Shown: positions 24,870 through 37,414 of the stretch, one piece after another
How positions within the stretch are numbered: position 1 is the stretch's first letter
Layout: every line of letters starts with the position of its first letter
Assembly: GCF_003334785.1 (NCBI RefSeq)
Contig: NZ_QOWV01000005.1
Source: Escherichia coli
GTDB taxonomy: Bacteria > Pseudomonadota > Gammaproteobacteria > Enterobacterales > Enterobacteriaceae
Length of the DNA stretch: 64,000 nt
Reading direction: 5' to 3' (one strand)
Program-made: the position numbers and the translations under genes
Notes under the pieces: generated by a model
Databases searched by the model: none
The model's input: only the letters and a program-made list of their open reading frames with translations
Told to the model about the DNA's origin: nothing

Positions 24870-25718
24870 TTATTGCCGAACCAGTCTTGTGGTCGATGGG
24901 ACAAAATCGCTATTACTGCGCCACGGGTTAATGTCCAGACCGCCACGACGGGTATAACGTGCGTAAACGCTCAATTTTTCTGGCTGGCAGAAGCGTAACA
25001 GGTCATTAAAGATGCGTTCCACGCACTGTTCGTGGAACTCGTTGTGATGACGGAATGAGACCAGGTAACGCAGCAGTTTTTCTCTGTCAATTTGGCGTCC
25101 ACGATACTGAATTTGGAGCGAACCCCAATCTGGTTGATGGGTGATCAGGCAGTTTGATTTCAGCAGGTGGCTGACAAGCGTCTCTTCCACTACTTTTTCA
25201 CCACAGGTGGCATTCTCCAGATAGTCAGTAGTGAATTCATAGTTATCGATAGTGATATCCTGGTCATCAATGCAAGTGCCATTAAAATGACCTATCGGCT
25301 GGCCTTCCAGTTCATCAAGACGATATAACGCCACGCTAATCTTACCCTGAGCGCAAGTGCTTAAGTCGCGCTCCAGCGTCTGGCGCACCTCATCCCAGTT
25401 ATTAAAACGCGTCTGGTTAAAACTGTTGAGATAGAGCTTAAAACTCTTCGACTCAATCAGATTTACGCTGGTGTAATCAAGTTCAACATGACCGACAGCG
25501 ACCTGCGGCAAACCTTTCGCATTCAGCCAGGAAAGTTCATACAGCGTCCAGATATCCGTACCGTGAAAAGGCAGGTTATCCGCTTTCAGACCCAGCGGGT
25601 CGCGATTCAGGCTGCGTGGAACGCCTTGCAGTAGGCTGGCGTCATAGGTATCCCGGTAATCGGTTGATTTTCCAAGAGTCAGGCCCGCAAGTGCCTGATG
25701 GTTTGCATAAGAAGACAT
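24870..25718 (-). CDS. queF: NADPH-dependent 7-cyano-7-deazaguanine (preQ0) reductase
   Basis: 282 aa two-domain QueF. Confidence 0.9.
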   Translation of the reverse strand: MSSYANHQALAGLTLGKSTDYRDTYDASLLQGVPRSLNRDPLGLKADNLPFHGTDIWTLYELSWLNAKGLPQVAVGHVELDYTSVNLIESKSFKLYLNSFNQTRFNNWDEVRQTLERDLSTCAQGKISVALYRLDELEGQPIGHFNGTCIDDQDITIDNYEFTTDYLENATCGEKVVEETLVSHLLKSNCLITHQPDWGSLQIQYRGRQIDREKLLRYLVSFRHHNEFHEQCVERIFNDLLRFCQPEKLSVYARYTRRGGLDINPWRSNSDFVPSTTRLVRQ

Positions 25719-25785
25719 GTTTCACCGTCATAAACCAGATAAACTAAACGACAAGTGTATCTGGTTTAAGTGAAGAGAGAAATTA

Positions 25786-26331
25786 GTGGACGATTTGACC
25801 GCACAAGCCCTGAAAGATTTTACTGCACGCTACTGCGATGCGTGGCATGAAGAGCATAAAAGCTGGCCGTTAAGTGAGGAACTGTACGGTGTTCCTTCAC
25901 CGTGCATTATTTCAACTACCGAAGATGCCGTATACTGGCAACCCCAGCCGTTTACCGGGGAACAAAATGTAAACGCGGTTGAACGCGCTTTTGATATTGT
26001 GATACAACCCACAATTCATACCTTTTATACGACTCAGTTTGCCGGGGATATGCACGCGCAGTTTGGCGATATCAAACTGACATTGCTGCAAACCTGGAGT
26101 GAAGACGACTTCCGTCGGGTGCAGGAAAATCTGATTGGTCATCTGGTGACTCAGAAAAGGCTAAAACTGCCGCCCACACTATTTATCGCGACGCTGGAAG
26201 AAGAGTTAGAGGTCATCTCGGTGTGTAATCTCTCCGGTGAAGTGTGCAAAGAGACGCTGGGAACACGTAAACGGACGCATTTAGCCTCAAATCTTGCGGA
26301 ATTCCTTAATCAACTTAAGCCTCTTCTGTAA
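25786..26331 (+). CDS. syd: SecY-interacting protein Syd
   Basis: 181 aa; matches Syd from memory. Confidence 0.85.
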
Positions 26332-26350
26332 TCCAAATACCCCATCTGGT

Positions 26351-26368
26351 TGTGAGAGATCTCTTACA
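26351..26368. promoter_or_regulatory. 18-bp near-perfect palindrome, the UvrY-type upstream activating site of csrB
   Basis: TGTGAGAGATCTCTTACA about 190 bp upstream of the csrB 5' end. Confidence 0.7.
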
Positions 26369-26541
26369 GACTCTGTAGGAGATCGCCAGGAAATAAGCGA
26401 ATACTTAAAAAGATAAGAATCGTTATTTTCATTTAAAATCAAAATGTTGATTGTTAATTCTTAACTTTCATATGAAATTTTCCTTAAGGCATTGTCTGTA
26501 AGCGCCTTGTAAGACTTCGCGAAAAAGACGATTCTATCTTC

Positions 26542-26910
26542 GTCGACAGGGAGTCAGACAACGAAGTGAACATCAGGATGATGACACTTCTGCAGGACAC
26601 ACCAGGATGGTGTTTCAGGGAAAGGCTTCTGGATGAAGCGAAGAGGATGACGCAGGACGCGTTAAAGGACACCTCCAGGATGGAGAATGAGAACCGGTCA
26701 GGATGATTCGGTGGGTCAGGAAGGCCAGGGACACTTCAGGATGAAGTATCACATCGGGGTGGTGTGAGCAGGAAGCAATAGTTCAGGATGAACGATTGGC
26801 CGCAAGGCCAGAGGAAAAGTTGTCAAGGATGAGCAGGGAGCAACAAAAGTAGCTGGAATGCTGCGAAACGAACCGGGAGCGCTGTGAATACAGTGCTCCC
26901 TTTTTTTATT
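26542..26910 (+). ncRNA. csrB: CsrB sRNA (CsrA-sequestering, multiple GGA motifs)
   Basis: About 369 nt with many CAGGATG/AGGGA/AGGA repeats; ends in the terminator CCGGGAGCGCTGTGAATACAGTGCTCCC plus T7; lies between syd and yqcC. Confidence 0.9.
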
Positions 26911-26952
26911 CCTGCTATCCTTCGCGGCAGTTTTTCTTATTGAGGTTGCTTT

Positions 26953-27282
26953 ATGACCACTCATGACCGCGTTCGTCTCCAGTTGCAGGCGCTTGAAGCG
27001 TTACTGCGTGAACATCAGCACTGGCGAAACGATGAACCCCAGCCGCATCAATTTAATAGTACCCAACCGTTCTTTATGGACACCATGGAACCACTGGAGT
27101 GGTTGCAGTGGGTGCTGATCCCGCGAATGCACGATTTGTTAGATAACAAACAGCCGTTACCGGGCGCTTTTGCCGTTGCACCCTATTATGAAATGGCGCT
27201 GGCGACGGACCATCCGCAACGCGCGCTTATTCTGGCTGAGCTGGAAAAACTGGATGCTCTTTTTGCGGATGATGCGAGCTAA
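26953..27282 (+). CDS. yqcC: DUF446 protein YqcC
   Basis: 109 aa; stop overlaps the truC start. Confidence 0.8.
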   Translation: MTTHDRVRLQLQALEALLREHQHWRNDEPQPHQFNSTQPFFMDTMEPLEWLQWVLIPRMHDLLDNKQPLPGAFAVAPYYEMALATDHPQRALILAELEKLDALFADDAS

Positions 27283-28064
27283 TGCTGGAAATACTCTATC
27301 AGGATGAATGGCTGGTTGCGGTAAATAAACCCTCCGGCTGGCTGGTTCACCGCAGCTGGCTGGATCGCGACGAGAAAGTAGTGGTCATGCAAACCGTGCG
27401 TGACCAGATAGGCCAGCATGTTTTTACTGCTCATCGTCTGGACCGACCCACTTCTGGTGTGTTGTTGATGGGATTATCCAGCGAGGCCGGACGGCTGCTG
27501 GCACAACAGTTTGAACAGCACCAAATCCAGAAACGTTACCATGCGATTGTGCGCGGCTGGTTGATGGAAGAAGCGGTGCTGGATTATCCACTGGTGGAAG
27601 AACTGGACAAAATCGCTGATAAATTTGCCCGCGAAGATAAAGGCCCGCAGCCAGCAGTGACGCATTATCGCGGTCTGGCGACCGTAGAAATGCCGGTAGC
27701 GACCGGACGTTACCCGACCACGCGCTACGGCCTGGTGGAACTGGAGCCGAAAACCGGACGCAAACATCAGCTTCGCCGACATCTTGCCCATTTGCGTCAT
27801 CCGATTATTGGCGATAGCAAACATGGCGATTTACGCCAGAATCGCAGCGGTGCTGAGCATTTTGGCCTCCAGCGGTTAATGCTACATGCCAGTCAGTTGT
27901 CATTGACGCATCCTTTTACTGGCGAGCCGCTGACTATTCACGCGGGCCTGGACGACACCTGGATGCAGGCGTTATCACAATTTGGCTGGCGCGGTCTGCT
28001 TCCTGAAAATGAAAGGGTTGAGTTCAGTGCGCCATCGGGTCAGGATGGAGAGATAAGTTCCTAA
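27282..28064 (+). CDS. truC: tRNA pseudouridine(65) synthase
   Basis: 260 aa RluA-family pseudouridine synthase (HRLDRPTSG motif). Confidence 0.9.
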
Positions 28065-28081
28065 TCCAGGGAGAAAACGGT

Positions 28082-28531
28082 ATGGCGGAAATTGGTATTT
28101 TTGTCGGCACCATGTACGGGAATTCACTGTTAGTGGCCGAAGAAGCGGAAGCGATTCTGACCGCGCAGGGCCACAAAGCAACGGTATTTGAAGATCCTGA
28201 ATTAAGCGACTGGCTGCCCTATCAGGATAAGTATGTTCTGGTGGTTACGTCCACGACCGGGCAGGGCGACCTTCCTGATAGCATTGTGCCACTCTTTCAG
28301 GGAATCAAAGATAGTCTGGGCTTCCAGCCGAATCTGCGTTATGGCGTGATTGCGCTCGGCGACAGTAGTTATGTGAATTTCTGCAATGGCGGCAAACAGT
28401 TCGATGCCTTGTTGCAGGAACAGAGCGCTCAGCGGGTTGGCGAAATGCTGTTGATTGACGCCAGTGAGAACCCGGAACCGGAAACGGAATCAAATCCGTG
28501 GGTCGAACAGTGGGGCACGCTGTTGTCCTGA
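28082..28531 (+). CDS. yqcA: Flavodoxin-like protein YqcA
   Basis: 149 aa with flavodoxin FMN-binding signature ([12 protein letters not shown]). Confidence 0.8.
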
Positions 28532-28965
28532 TATGTTCAGCGAGCGGTAAATGTCGTTTTAGCGGTGCTGAATCGAATCTTTTCAGGCAAATGTCAGTAA
28601 AAACTGCTTCATAGCGCGGATTTTTACTGGCGTTTGCCTGGAGTCAAGCGATCCATTTCATACTCTTCTTTATTTCTTCGTTTTAACCCTTCCTTTCTTG
28701 TTCTTGTTTTCATTTCCGTGAAGTGGATTCCACCGTCCAGGGCTAATGCCAAAATCGGGCCTCATTGAACGCATTAATGTTGTGTTGTTGCACGGTGAGC
28801 CGCTATGGCGCGCTTTTTATACTGCTATTGCCAGATATAAACACGCGCCGTATTCGGCGAACGACCTATAAAAACGGCAAAAAACACCCTACGTCACCTC
28901 TGATTTCCTGGCGATGTCGCAGTCCAGAGTGAGCGTGGCTAACGCGAATTTTCAGGAGTGCAACA

Positions 28966-30318
28966 ATGAGTTCTTTAAGTCAGGCTGCGAGCAGTGTGGA
29001 AAAACGCACAAATGCTCGTTACTGGATAGTGGTGATGTTGTTTATCGTCACATCCTTCAACTACGGCGACCGCGCTACGCTCTCTATCGCCGGTTCGGAA
29101 ATGGCCAAAGATATCGGCCTTGATCCCGTGGGAATGGGCTATGTGTTCTCTGCTTTCTCATGGGCTTATGTTATCGGGCAGATCCCTGGTGGCTGGTTGC
29201 TGGACCGTTTTGGTTCAAAACGCGTCTACTTCTGGTCGATCTTTATCTGGTCGATGTTTACCTTGCTGCAAGGCTTCGTCGATATCTTTAGTGGATTCGG
29301 CATTATCGTTGCCCTGTTTACGCTGCGCTTCCTGGTCGGGCTTGCTGAAGCGCCATCTTTCCCCGGCAACAGTCGCATTGTTGCGGCCTGGTTTCCGGCG
29401 CAGGAAAGGGGAACGGCGGTGTCGATTTTTAACTCCGCTCAATACTTCGCAACGGTGATCTTCGCGCCGATTATGGGCTGGCTGACGCATGAAGTGGGCT
29501 GGTCACACGTCTTCTTCTTTATGGGCGGTCTGGGGATTGTCATCAGCTTTATCTGGTTGAAAGTCATCCACGAGCCAAATCAACATCCGGGGGTAAATAA
29601 GAAAGAGCTGGAGTACATCGCCGCGGGTGGTGCGCTGATCAATATGGATCAGCAAAACACCAAAGTTAAAGTGCCGTTCAGCGTGAAGTGGGGGCAGATC
29701 AAACAGCTGCTAGGGTCACGGATGATGATCGGCGTTTATATCGGTCAGTACTGTATCAACGCCCTGACTTACTTCTTTATTACCTGGTTCCCGGTTTATC
29801 TGGTGCAGGCACGCGGGATGTCGATTCTGAAAGCGGGCTTTGTGGCTTCCGTTCCGGCGGTTTGCGGTTTTATCGGCGGTGTGCTGGGTGGGATTATTTC
29901 CGACTGGCTGATGCGCCGCACGGGATCGCTGAACATTGCGCGTAAAACACCGATCGTAATGGGCATGTTGCTGTCGATGGTGATGGTGTTCTGCAACTAC
30001 GTCAACGTTGAGTGGATGATCATCGGCTTTATGGCGCTGGCCTTCTTCGGTAAGGGCATCGGGGCGCTGGGTTGGGCAGTAATGGCAGATACCGCGCCAA
30101 AAGAGATCAGCGGTCTTTCCGGTGGCCTGTTCAACATGTTCGGTAACATTTCTGGCATCGTCACGCCAATCGCAATTGGTTATATCGTTGGCACGACTGG
30201 CTCGTTTAATGGGGCGCTGATTTATGTTGGTGTTCATGCCTTAATCGCGGTACTGAGCTACCTGGTGCTGGTGGGCGATATCAAGCGTATCGAGTTGAAA
30301 CCTGTTGCGGGGCAATAA
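28966..30318 (+). CDS. gudP: D-glucarate/galactarate MFS transporter
   Basis: 450 aa MFS protein, first gene of gudPXD. Confidence 0.9.
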   Translation: MSSLSQAASSVEKRTNARYWIVVMLFIVTSFNYGDRATLSIAGSEMAKDIGLDPVGMGYVFSAFSWAYVIGQIPGGWLLDRFGSKRVYFWSIFIWSMFTLLQGFVDIFSGFGIIVALFTLRFLVGLAEAPSFPGNSRIVAAWFPAQERGTAVSIFNSAQYFATVIFAPIMGWLTHEVGWSHVFFFMGGLGIVISFIWLKVIHEPNQHPGVNKKELEYIAAGGALINMDQQNTKVKVPFSVKWGQIKQLLGSRMMIGVYIGQYCINALTYFFITWFPVYLVQARGMSILKAGFVASVPAVCGFIGGVLGGIISDWLMRRTGSLNIARKTPIVMGMLLSMVMVFCNYVNVEWMIIGFMALAFFGKGIGALGWAVMADTAPKEISGLSGGLFNMFGNISGIVTPIAIGYIVGTTGSFNGALIYVGVHALIAVLSYLVLVGDIKRIELKPVAGQ

Positions 30319-30319
30319 G

Positions 30320-31660
30320 ATGGCGACACAATCCAGTCCTGTTATTACTGATATGAAAGTCATTCCGGTGGCCGGGCATGACAGCATGTTGCTTAATATT
30401 GGTGGGGCACATAACGCATATTTCACCCGCAATATTGTGGTACTCACCGATAACGCCGGGCATACCGGCATTGGTGAAGCGCCGGGCGGAGATGTGATTT
30501 ATCAGACGCTTGTCGATGCTATTCCGATGGTTCTGGGCCAGGAAGTTGCGCGACTGAATAAAGTGGTCCAGCAGGTGCATAAAGGTAATCAGGCCGCCGA
30601 TTTTGATACCTTCGGTAAAGGTGCCTGGACCTTTGAATTACGCGTTAACGCCGTGGCGGCGCTGGAAGCCGCTTTGCTTGACCTGCTAGGTAAGGCGCTG
30701 AATGTTCCGGTCTGCGAACTGTTAGGGCCAGGCAAGCAACGCGAGGCTATTACCGTCCTCGGTTATCTGTTTTATATCGGTGATCGGACCAAAACCGATC
30801 TTCCTTATGTGGAAAATACGCCGGGCAACCATGAGTGGTATCAGTTGCGGCATCAGAAAGCAATGAACAGCGAAGCCGTTGTGCGTCTGGCGGAAGCCTC
30901 ACAGGATCGCTACGGCTTTAAAGATTTCAAACTTAAGGGCGGCGTGTTACCTGGCGAGCAAGAAATCGACACTGTTCGTGCATTGAAGAAACGCTTCCCG
31001 GATGCGCGGATTACCGTTGATCCCAACGGTGCATGGCTGCTTGATGAAGCCATTTCTTTATGCAAAGGGCTGAATGATGTTCTTACCTATGCCGAAGATC
31101 CATGCGGCGCAGAACAGGGCTTCTCCGGACGTGAAGTGATGGCGGAATTTCGACGGGCGACCGGCTTGCCCGTCGCGACTAACATGATCGCCACCAACTG
31201 GCGCGAAATGGGTCATGCGGTGATGCTCAATGCGGTAGATATTCCACTTGCCGATCCGCACTTCTGGACGCTTTCCGGTGCAGTCCGTGTGGCGCAGCTT
31301 TGCGACGACTGGGGGCTGACCTGGGGCTGCCATTCTAATAACCATTTCGATATCTCTCTGGCGATGTTTACCCATGTGGGCGCGGCGGCACCGGGTAATC
31401 CTACCGCTATCGATACCCACTGGATTTGGCAGGAGGGCGATTGTCGCCTGACCCAAAATCCGCTGGAGATTAAAAACGGAAAAATTGCCGTTCCTGATGC
31501 GCCCGGTCTGGGCGTGGAACTGGACTGGGAACAGGTACAAAAGGCACATGAGGCCTATAAACGTCTGCCTGGCGGTGCGCGTAACGACGCAGGTCCGATG
31601 CAGTACCTGATCCCCGGCTGGACCTTTGACCGTAAACGTCCCGTTTTCGGCCGTCATTGA
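30320..31660 (+). CDS. gudX: Glucarate dehydratase-related protein (enolase superfamily)
   Basis: ORF from 30305; ATG at 30320 ([22 protein letters not shown]) gives 446 aa; paralog of gudD. Confidence 0.85.
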   Translation: MATQSSPVITDMKVIPVAGHDSMLLNIGGAHNAYFTRNIVVLTDNAGHTGIGEAPGGDVIYQTLVDAIPMVLGQEVARLNKVVQQVHKGNQAADFDTFGKGAWTFELRVNAVAALEAALLDLLGKALNVPVCELLGPGKQREAITVLGYLFYIGDRTKTDLPYVENTPGNHEWYQLRHQKAMNSEAVVRLAEASQDRYGFKDFKLKGGVLPGEQEIDTVRALKKRFPDARITVDPNGAWLLDEAISLCKGLNDVLTYAEDPCGAEQGFSGREVMAEFRRATGLPVATNMIATNWREMGHAVMLNAVDIPLADPHFWTLSGAVRVAQLCDDWGLTWGCHSNNHFDISLAMFTHVGAAAPGNPTAIDTHWIWQEGDCRLTQNPLEIKNGKIAVPDAPGLGVELDWEQVQKAHEAYKRLPGGARNDAGPMQYLIPGWTFDRKRPVFGRH

Positions 31661-31680
31661 TTCTGAAAAAGGACATAAAT

Positions 31681-33021
31681 ATGAGTTCTCAATTTACGAC
31701 GCCTGTTGTTACTGAAATGCAGGTTATCCCGGTGGCGGGTCATGACAGTATGCTGATGAATCTGAGTGGTGCACACGCACCGTTCTTTACGCGTAATATT
31801 GTGATTATCAAAGATAATTCTGGTCACACTGGCGTAGGGGAAATTCCCGGCGGCGAGAAAATCCGTAAAACGCTGGAAGATGCGATTCCGCTGGTGGTAG
31901 GTAAAACGCTGGGTGAATACAAAAACGTTCTGACGCTGGTGCGTAATACTTTTGCCGATCGTGATGCTGGTGGGCGCGGTTTGCAGACATTTGACCTACG
32001 TACCACTATTCATGTAGTTACCGGGATAGAAGCGGCAATGCTGGATCTGCTGGGGCAGCATCTGGGGGTAAACGTGGCATCGCTGCTGGGCGATGGTCAA
32101 CAGCGTAGCGAAGTCGAAATGCTCGGTTATCTGTTCTTCGTCGGTAATCGCAAAGCCACGCCGCTGCCGTATCAAAGCCAGCCGGATGACTCATGCGACT
32201 GGTATCGCCTGCGTCATGAAGAAGCGATGACGCCGGATGCGGTGGTGCGCCTGGCGGAAGCGGCATATGAAAAATATGGCTTCAACGATTTCAAACTGAA
32301 GGGCGGTGTACTGGCCGGGGAAGAAGAGGCCGAGTCTATTGTGGCACTGGCGCAACGCTTCCCGCAGGCGCGTATTACGCTCGATCCTAACGGTGCCTGG
32401 TCGCTGAACGAAGCGATTAAAATCGGTAAATACCTGAAAGGTTCGCTGGCTTATGCAGAAGATCCGTGTGGTGCGGAGCAAGGTTTCTCCGGGCGTGAAG
32501 TGATGGCAGAGTTCCGTCGCGCGACAGGTCTACCGACTGCAACCAATATGATCGCCACCGACTGGCGGCAAATGGGCCATACGCTCTCCCTGCAATCCGT
32601 TGATATCCCGCTGGCGGATCCGCATTTCTGGACAATGCAAGGTTCGGTACGTGTGGCGCAAATGTGCCATGAATTTGGCCTGACCTGGGGTTCACACTCT
32701 AACAACCACTTCGATATTTCCCTGGCGATGTTTACCCATGTTGCCGCCGCTGCACCGGGTAAAATTACTGCTATTGATACGCACTGGATTTGGCAGGAAG
32801 GCAATCAGCGCCTGACCAAAGAACCGTTTGAGATCAAAGGCGGGCTGGTACAGGTGCCAGAAAAACCGGGGCTGGGTGTAGAAATCGATATGGATCAAGT
32901 GATGAAAGCCCATGAGCTGTATCAGAAACACGGGCTTGGCGCGCGTGACGATGCGATGGGAATGCAGTATCTGATTCCTGGCTGGACGTTCGATAACAAG
33001 CGCCCGTGCATGGTGCGTTAA
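31681..33021 (+). CDS. gudD: D-glucarate dehydratase
   Basis: ORF from 31657; ATG at 31681 ([17 protein letters not shown]) gives 446 aa. Confidence 0.9.
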   Translation: MSSQFTTPVVTEMQVIPVAGHDSMLMNLSGAHAPFFTRNIVIIKDNSGHTGVGEIPGGEKIRKTLEDAIPLVVGKTLGEYKNVLTLVRNTFADRDAGGRGLQTFDLRTTIHVVTGIEAAMLDLLGQHLGVNVASLLGDGQQRSEVEMLGYLFFVGNRKATPLPYQSQPDDSCDWYRLRHEEAMTPDAVVRLAEAAYEKYGFNDFKLKGGVLAGEEEAESIVALAQRFPQARITLDPNGAWSLNEAIKIGKYLKGSLAYAEDPCGAEQGFSGREVMAEFRRATGLPTATNMIATDWRQMGHTLSLQSVDIPLADPHFWTMQGSVRVAQMCHEFGLTWGSHSNNHFDISLAMFTHVAAAAPGKITAIDTHWIWQEGNQRLTKEPFEIKGGLVQVPEKPGLGVEIDMDQVMKAHELYQKHGLGARDDAMGMQYLIPGWTFDNKRPCMVR

Positions 33022-33144
33022 GACAGAAAACCAAAACCGGCTCTATCTGGAGCCGGTTTGAGACTGATGCTAAACGCAAAATAGCCTGTTGTGCTATGTA
33101 TCAGGTCTACATCATTTTTTAATTCATTGAATTTAATTGGTTTT

Positions 33145-33178
33145 GTAGGCCGGATAAGGCGTTAACGCCGCATCCGGC
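33145..33178. repeat. REP element between convergent gudD and barA
   Basis: GTAGGCCGGATAAGGCGTTAACGCCGCATCCGGC. Confidence 0.7.
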
Positions 33179-33252
33179 ATAAACACAGGCACTTTGTCAC
33201 CAATCTGAAACCAGCGTCATAAAAAGCCGATTGCTACTCGACAAGACATCCA

Positions 33253-36009
33253 TTACCCGAGAATTTTGCTGGCTTCGCGCGCGACATTATCCATCTCGTC
33301 CAACAGTTCCAGCAGCTCCGGTTCCAAATCTTCTTCTTTAGTACCGCTACGTAGCTGTTGTTCGATCAGTTGGCAGAGATTCTTCATACGTGGCACACCG
33401 CTATAGCCGCAACTGCCATGCAGTTTATGAATCAAATCAACCAGGCCTTCCGGGTTTTCTCCAACCAGCTGTTCCTCAACTTTGTTGCGAACTTCAGGCA
33501 GGAAATCGAGTAACATTTGCAGCATATCGCGCGCTAAATCGGTTTTTCCTGCTGCCTGGCGTAGTGCCAGTTGCCAGTCGAGGGTCGCATTCGGGTTCAC
33601 CACAATTTCGTTGACTTCGGGCGTCACGACGCGAGAGGAAATACCGCTGCCAGGCTTGTAGCGCAACAACAAATTATGCAATCGCTCTTCTTCAATCGGT
33701 TTCGCCAGATAATCGCTCATCCCTGCGCCAAGCAGCTTCTCTTTTTGCCCGGCCATTGCATGCGCCGTTACCGCGATAACCGGCGTTTGTTGCTGATGCG
33801 GGAGTTGGTGGATGAGTTCGCAGGCCCGAATGCCATCCATGTCCGGCATTTGAATATCCATTAAGATCAAATCGAACGGCATCTGTTTCGCCCGTTCAAC
33901 CGCCTGATGCCCGCTATCGCAAAGTTCCACATGTTGCACCATATCTTCCAGCAATGCGCCGATAAGTTTCAGGTTAGCGGGGTTGTCATCAACCGCCATG
34001 ACTGTCATTGCCAGCTTACTTTCATCGGTTACAGGCAAAAGCGTGTTTTGTTTGTGATGACAAAATTCCGTCAGGGCAGGCAACAGGCGTGTAGGTGTTA
34101 ATGGTTTCAGCAGACACGCGCCGATACCATCTTGCTTGAGTTTTTCAGCATTGACTTGTGCATGGCAAGGAAGTGCCAGCATCAGGAAATCGGTCATCGA
34201 TACCGCTTTCGCTAATCGCTCATGTTGCATTGTTAGCGGCTCGCGGAAGGTCACCGCGATGCCTAACAACATCATGTCGTAATGCGCGGGAGGCAGCGCG
34301 GAGAACGTTGGGCTATAAACCACTTCCAGCGGCGTTTCACTTAAAATATCCAGCGTGCATTGCGCTGCTGCGGAGTTTGGTTCGACATAGGCCAGGCGCT
34401 TACCTGCGAGGCACTGGGTGGATGGCCCTTCGATAATAATGTTCGGGTTCAGATCGAGATTAATGTGGAACCAGAAAGTTGAACCGCGATTCGGCTGGCT
34501 ATGGAACGAAATATCGCCGCCCATTTCATTAACCAGTTTTTGTGTAATCACCAGCCCCAGCCCGGTGCCACCATGACGGCGGGAAATACTGGCATCAGCC
34601 TGTCGGAAGGCCTGGAATAAGCGCGATTGATCGCGTTCAGGAATACCAATGCCGGTATCCCGAATCTGCACTTCAATCTGCACTTTGGTATTACTCAGCG
34701 CACGTTTTTCTACCAGAATATCAATGTTGCCATTCTCGGTGAATTTAATTGCATTCCCCACCAGGTTAGTGATGATTTGCTGTAATCGCAGCGGGTCGCC
34801 GATCACGTTATCAGGCACGTCGCTTTTAATATTGAGCGTCAGTTCTAACCCTTTATCGTGAGAAGAATGTGCCAGCAGAGTAACGACTTCATCCAGCGTG
34901 CTGCGTAGTGGGAATGGAATACTTTCCAGAATCAGCTTACCTGCTTCCAGTTTCGAGAAGTCGAGAACATCATTAATAATTGCCAGCAAATTATTTGCCG
35001 AACGTTCAATCGTATTCAGGTGATCGCGCTGCGTTGGTGTTAATTCTGTTTTCAGCGTCAGGCGGGTAAAGCCAATAACACCATTCAGTGGTGTACGCAG
35101 CTCGTGTGACATATTTGCCAGAAACTCGGATTTAATACGCGCCGCTTCCTGGGCGCGCTTTTTCGCCAGATCTAACTCAACGTTCTGAATTTCCATCTGC
35201 TCCAGCGTTTCACGCAGATCGGACGTCGCCTGGTCGATATTGTGCTGCATCTCTTCGTGATAAGCAGCCAGCGACATTGCCATCGAGTTGATACCGTTTT
35301 TCAGCATATCCAGCTCGCCGAGCATAAATCCTTCCACCCGGCTGTCGAGTTGCCCGCGACGGATGCGGTCGACGGTATTCACCATGTTGCGAATCGGACC
35401 GGTTACATCGCGCATTAAGCGCCAGCCAAAAATAAGCGCAATACCGATACAAAACAGCATCATCACGCTGGAAATAAAGATCTCTTTATATTGCTGCAAG
35501 CGAACCGATTTAAGATCCAGCTCCAGCGCAATATATCCCAACATATTTTGACTATTTTTGGCATCGCTACTGGGCGATTCGTCGGGGGAGTAACTCTCAG
35601 AAATAATCGGCGTGCGGAGGATCATAATATCGCCGTCACGAGTGACAGTGAGCTGGCGAGGAAACGGCACGTTGCTGCCGAGCTGCATTGATGAGGGATC
35701 AAGATGAAAATTGGAGGTGACAAAGAGTCGGTTATTTTCATCATAAACCGAAATCGCGCGAACAATATCGGAATGGCGACGATGCAGTACGCTTATTAAC
35801 TGACCGATAGATTCGCGATTTTGCAGGCTCATGCCATATTCAGTAGAAACTGCAAGCGGCTCAATAATGCTGGCACCGGCATCTTCCAGTTGACGCTGCA
35901 AGTCGTTATAGCGATGCACGACGAAAAAGATACTCAGCAATAAACCAATAAGGACGGTCGGTGCCAGGATCAGAATCATCATGCGTGCGCGCAGGCTGTA
36001 GTTGGTCAT
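33253..36009 (-). CDS. barA: Hybrid sensor histidine kinase BarA
   Basis: 918 aa with HAMP, HisKA (SHELRTP), HATPase, receiver and HPt domains. Confidence 0.95.
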
Positions 36010-36065
36010 GGAGTTCCGTTATGGGACAATTAAGGTCACACTGTTAAATTGAGAAAGTCTCGCCA

Positions 36066-37367
36066 ATGGCGCAATTCTACTCTGCAAAACGACGCACGAC
36101 GACGCGTCAGATCATAACCGTTTCAGTCAACGACCTCGACTCTTTTGGTCAGGGCGTGGCGCGACATAACGGCAAAACGCTATTTATCCCCGGATTATTG
36201 CCGCAGGAAAACGCGGAAGTTACTGTTACTGAAGATAAAAAACAGTATGCCCGCGCTAAAGTCGTACGCCGGTTAAGCGATAGCCCGGAACGCGAAACGC
36301 CACGCTGTCCTCATTTTGGCGTATGCGGTGGCTGTCAGCAACAACACGCCAGCGTGGATTTACAGCAGCGAAGCAAAAGTGCGGCACTCGCCCGATTAAT
36401 GAAACACGATGTCTCTGAAGTGATCGCCGATGTTCCCTGGGGCTATCGCCGTCGCGCGCGTTTAAGTCTGAACTACTTACCGAAAACACAGCAACTTCAG
36501 ATGGGGTTTCGCAAAGCGGGCTCCAGTGACATTGTCGACGTCAAACAATGCCCCATTTTAGCGCCCCAACTTGAAGCATTGCTGCCCAAAGTCAGGGCAT
36601 GTCTGGGCAGCTTACAAGCTATGCGCCATCTTGGTCATGTTGAACTGGTACAGGCAACCAGCGGCACGCTGATGATTTTGCGCCATACCGCACCGCTAAG
36701 TTCGGCAGATCGCGAAAAACTGGAACGCTTTTCGCATTCTGAAGGCCTGGATCTGTATCTCGCCCCCGATAGTGAGATACTCGAAACCGTCTCTGGTGAG
36801 ATGCCCTGGTATGACTCAAACGGGTTGCGCTTAACTTTTAGCCCGCGCGATTTTATTCAGGTCAATGCGGGTGTGAACCAAAAAATGGTAGCGCGTGCGT
36901 TGGAATGGCTGGATGTGCAACCTGAAGATCGCGTACTGGATCTGTTCTGCGGTATGGGCAACTTTACACTGCCATTGGCGACACAAGCTGCCAGTGTGGT
37001 CGGTGTAGAAGGTGTTCCGGCGCTGGTGGAAAAAGGCCAGCAGAATGCGCGTCTTAATGGCTTACAGAATGTGACGTTTTATCACGAAAATCTTGAAGAA
37101 GATGTCACAAAGCAGCCGTGGGCGAAAAACGGCTTCGATAAAGTGTTGCTGGACCCGGCGCGAGCAGGTGCCGCAGGTGTTATGCAGCAAATTATAAAAC
37201 TGGAACCTATTCGTATAGTTTATGTATCCTGTAACCCTGCAACGCTGGCTCGGGATAGCGAAGCGTTATTAAAAGCAGGATATACCATTGCGCGACTGGC
37301 GATGCTGGATATGTTCCCACACACGGGACATCTGGAATCGATGGTACTTTTCTCGCGCGTTAAATAG
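36066..37367 (+). CDS. rlmD: 23S rRNA (U1939-C5)-methyltransferase RlmD
   Basis: 433 aa; TRAM domain, Fe-S cysteines ([11 protein letters not shown]) and SAM methyltransferase domain. Confidence 0.9.
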
Positions 37368-37414
37368 TTGCGATTTGCCGATTTCGGCAGGTCTGGTCCC
37401 TAAAGGAGAGGACG

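Noticed and set aside
28532-28965. Small ORF in the yqcA-gudP intergenic region (about 41 codons from ATGCCAAAATCG…)
   Set aside because: No recognisable RBS and it sits in the expected gudP promoter region; judged a chance ORF.
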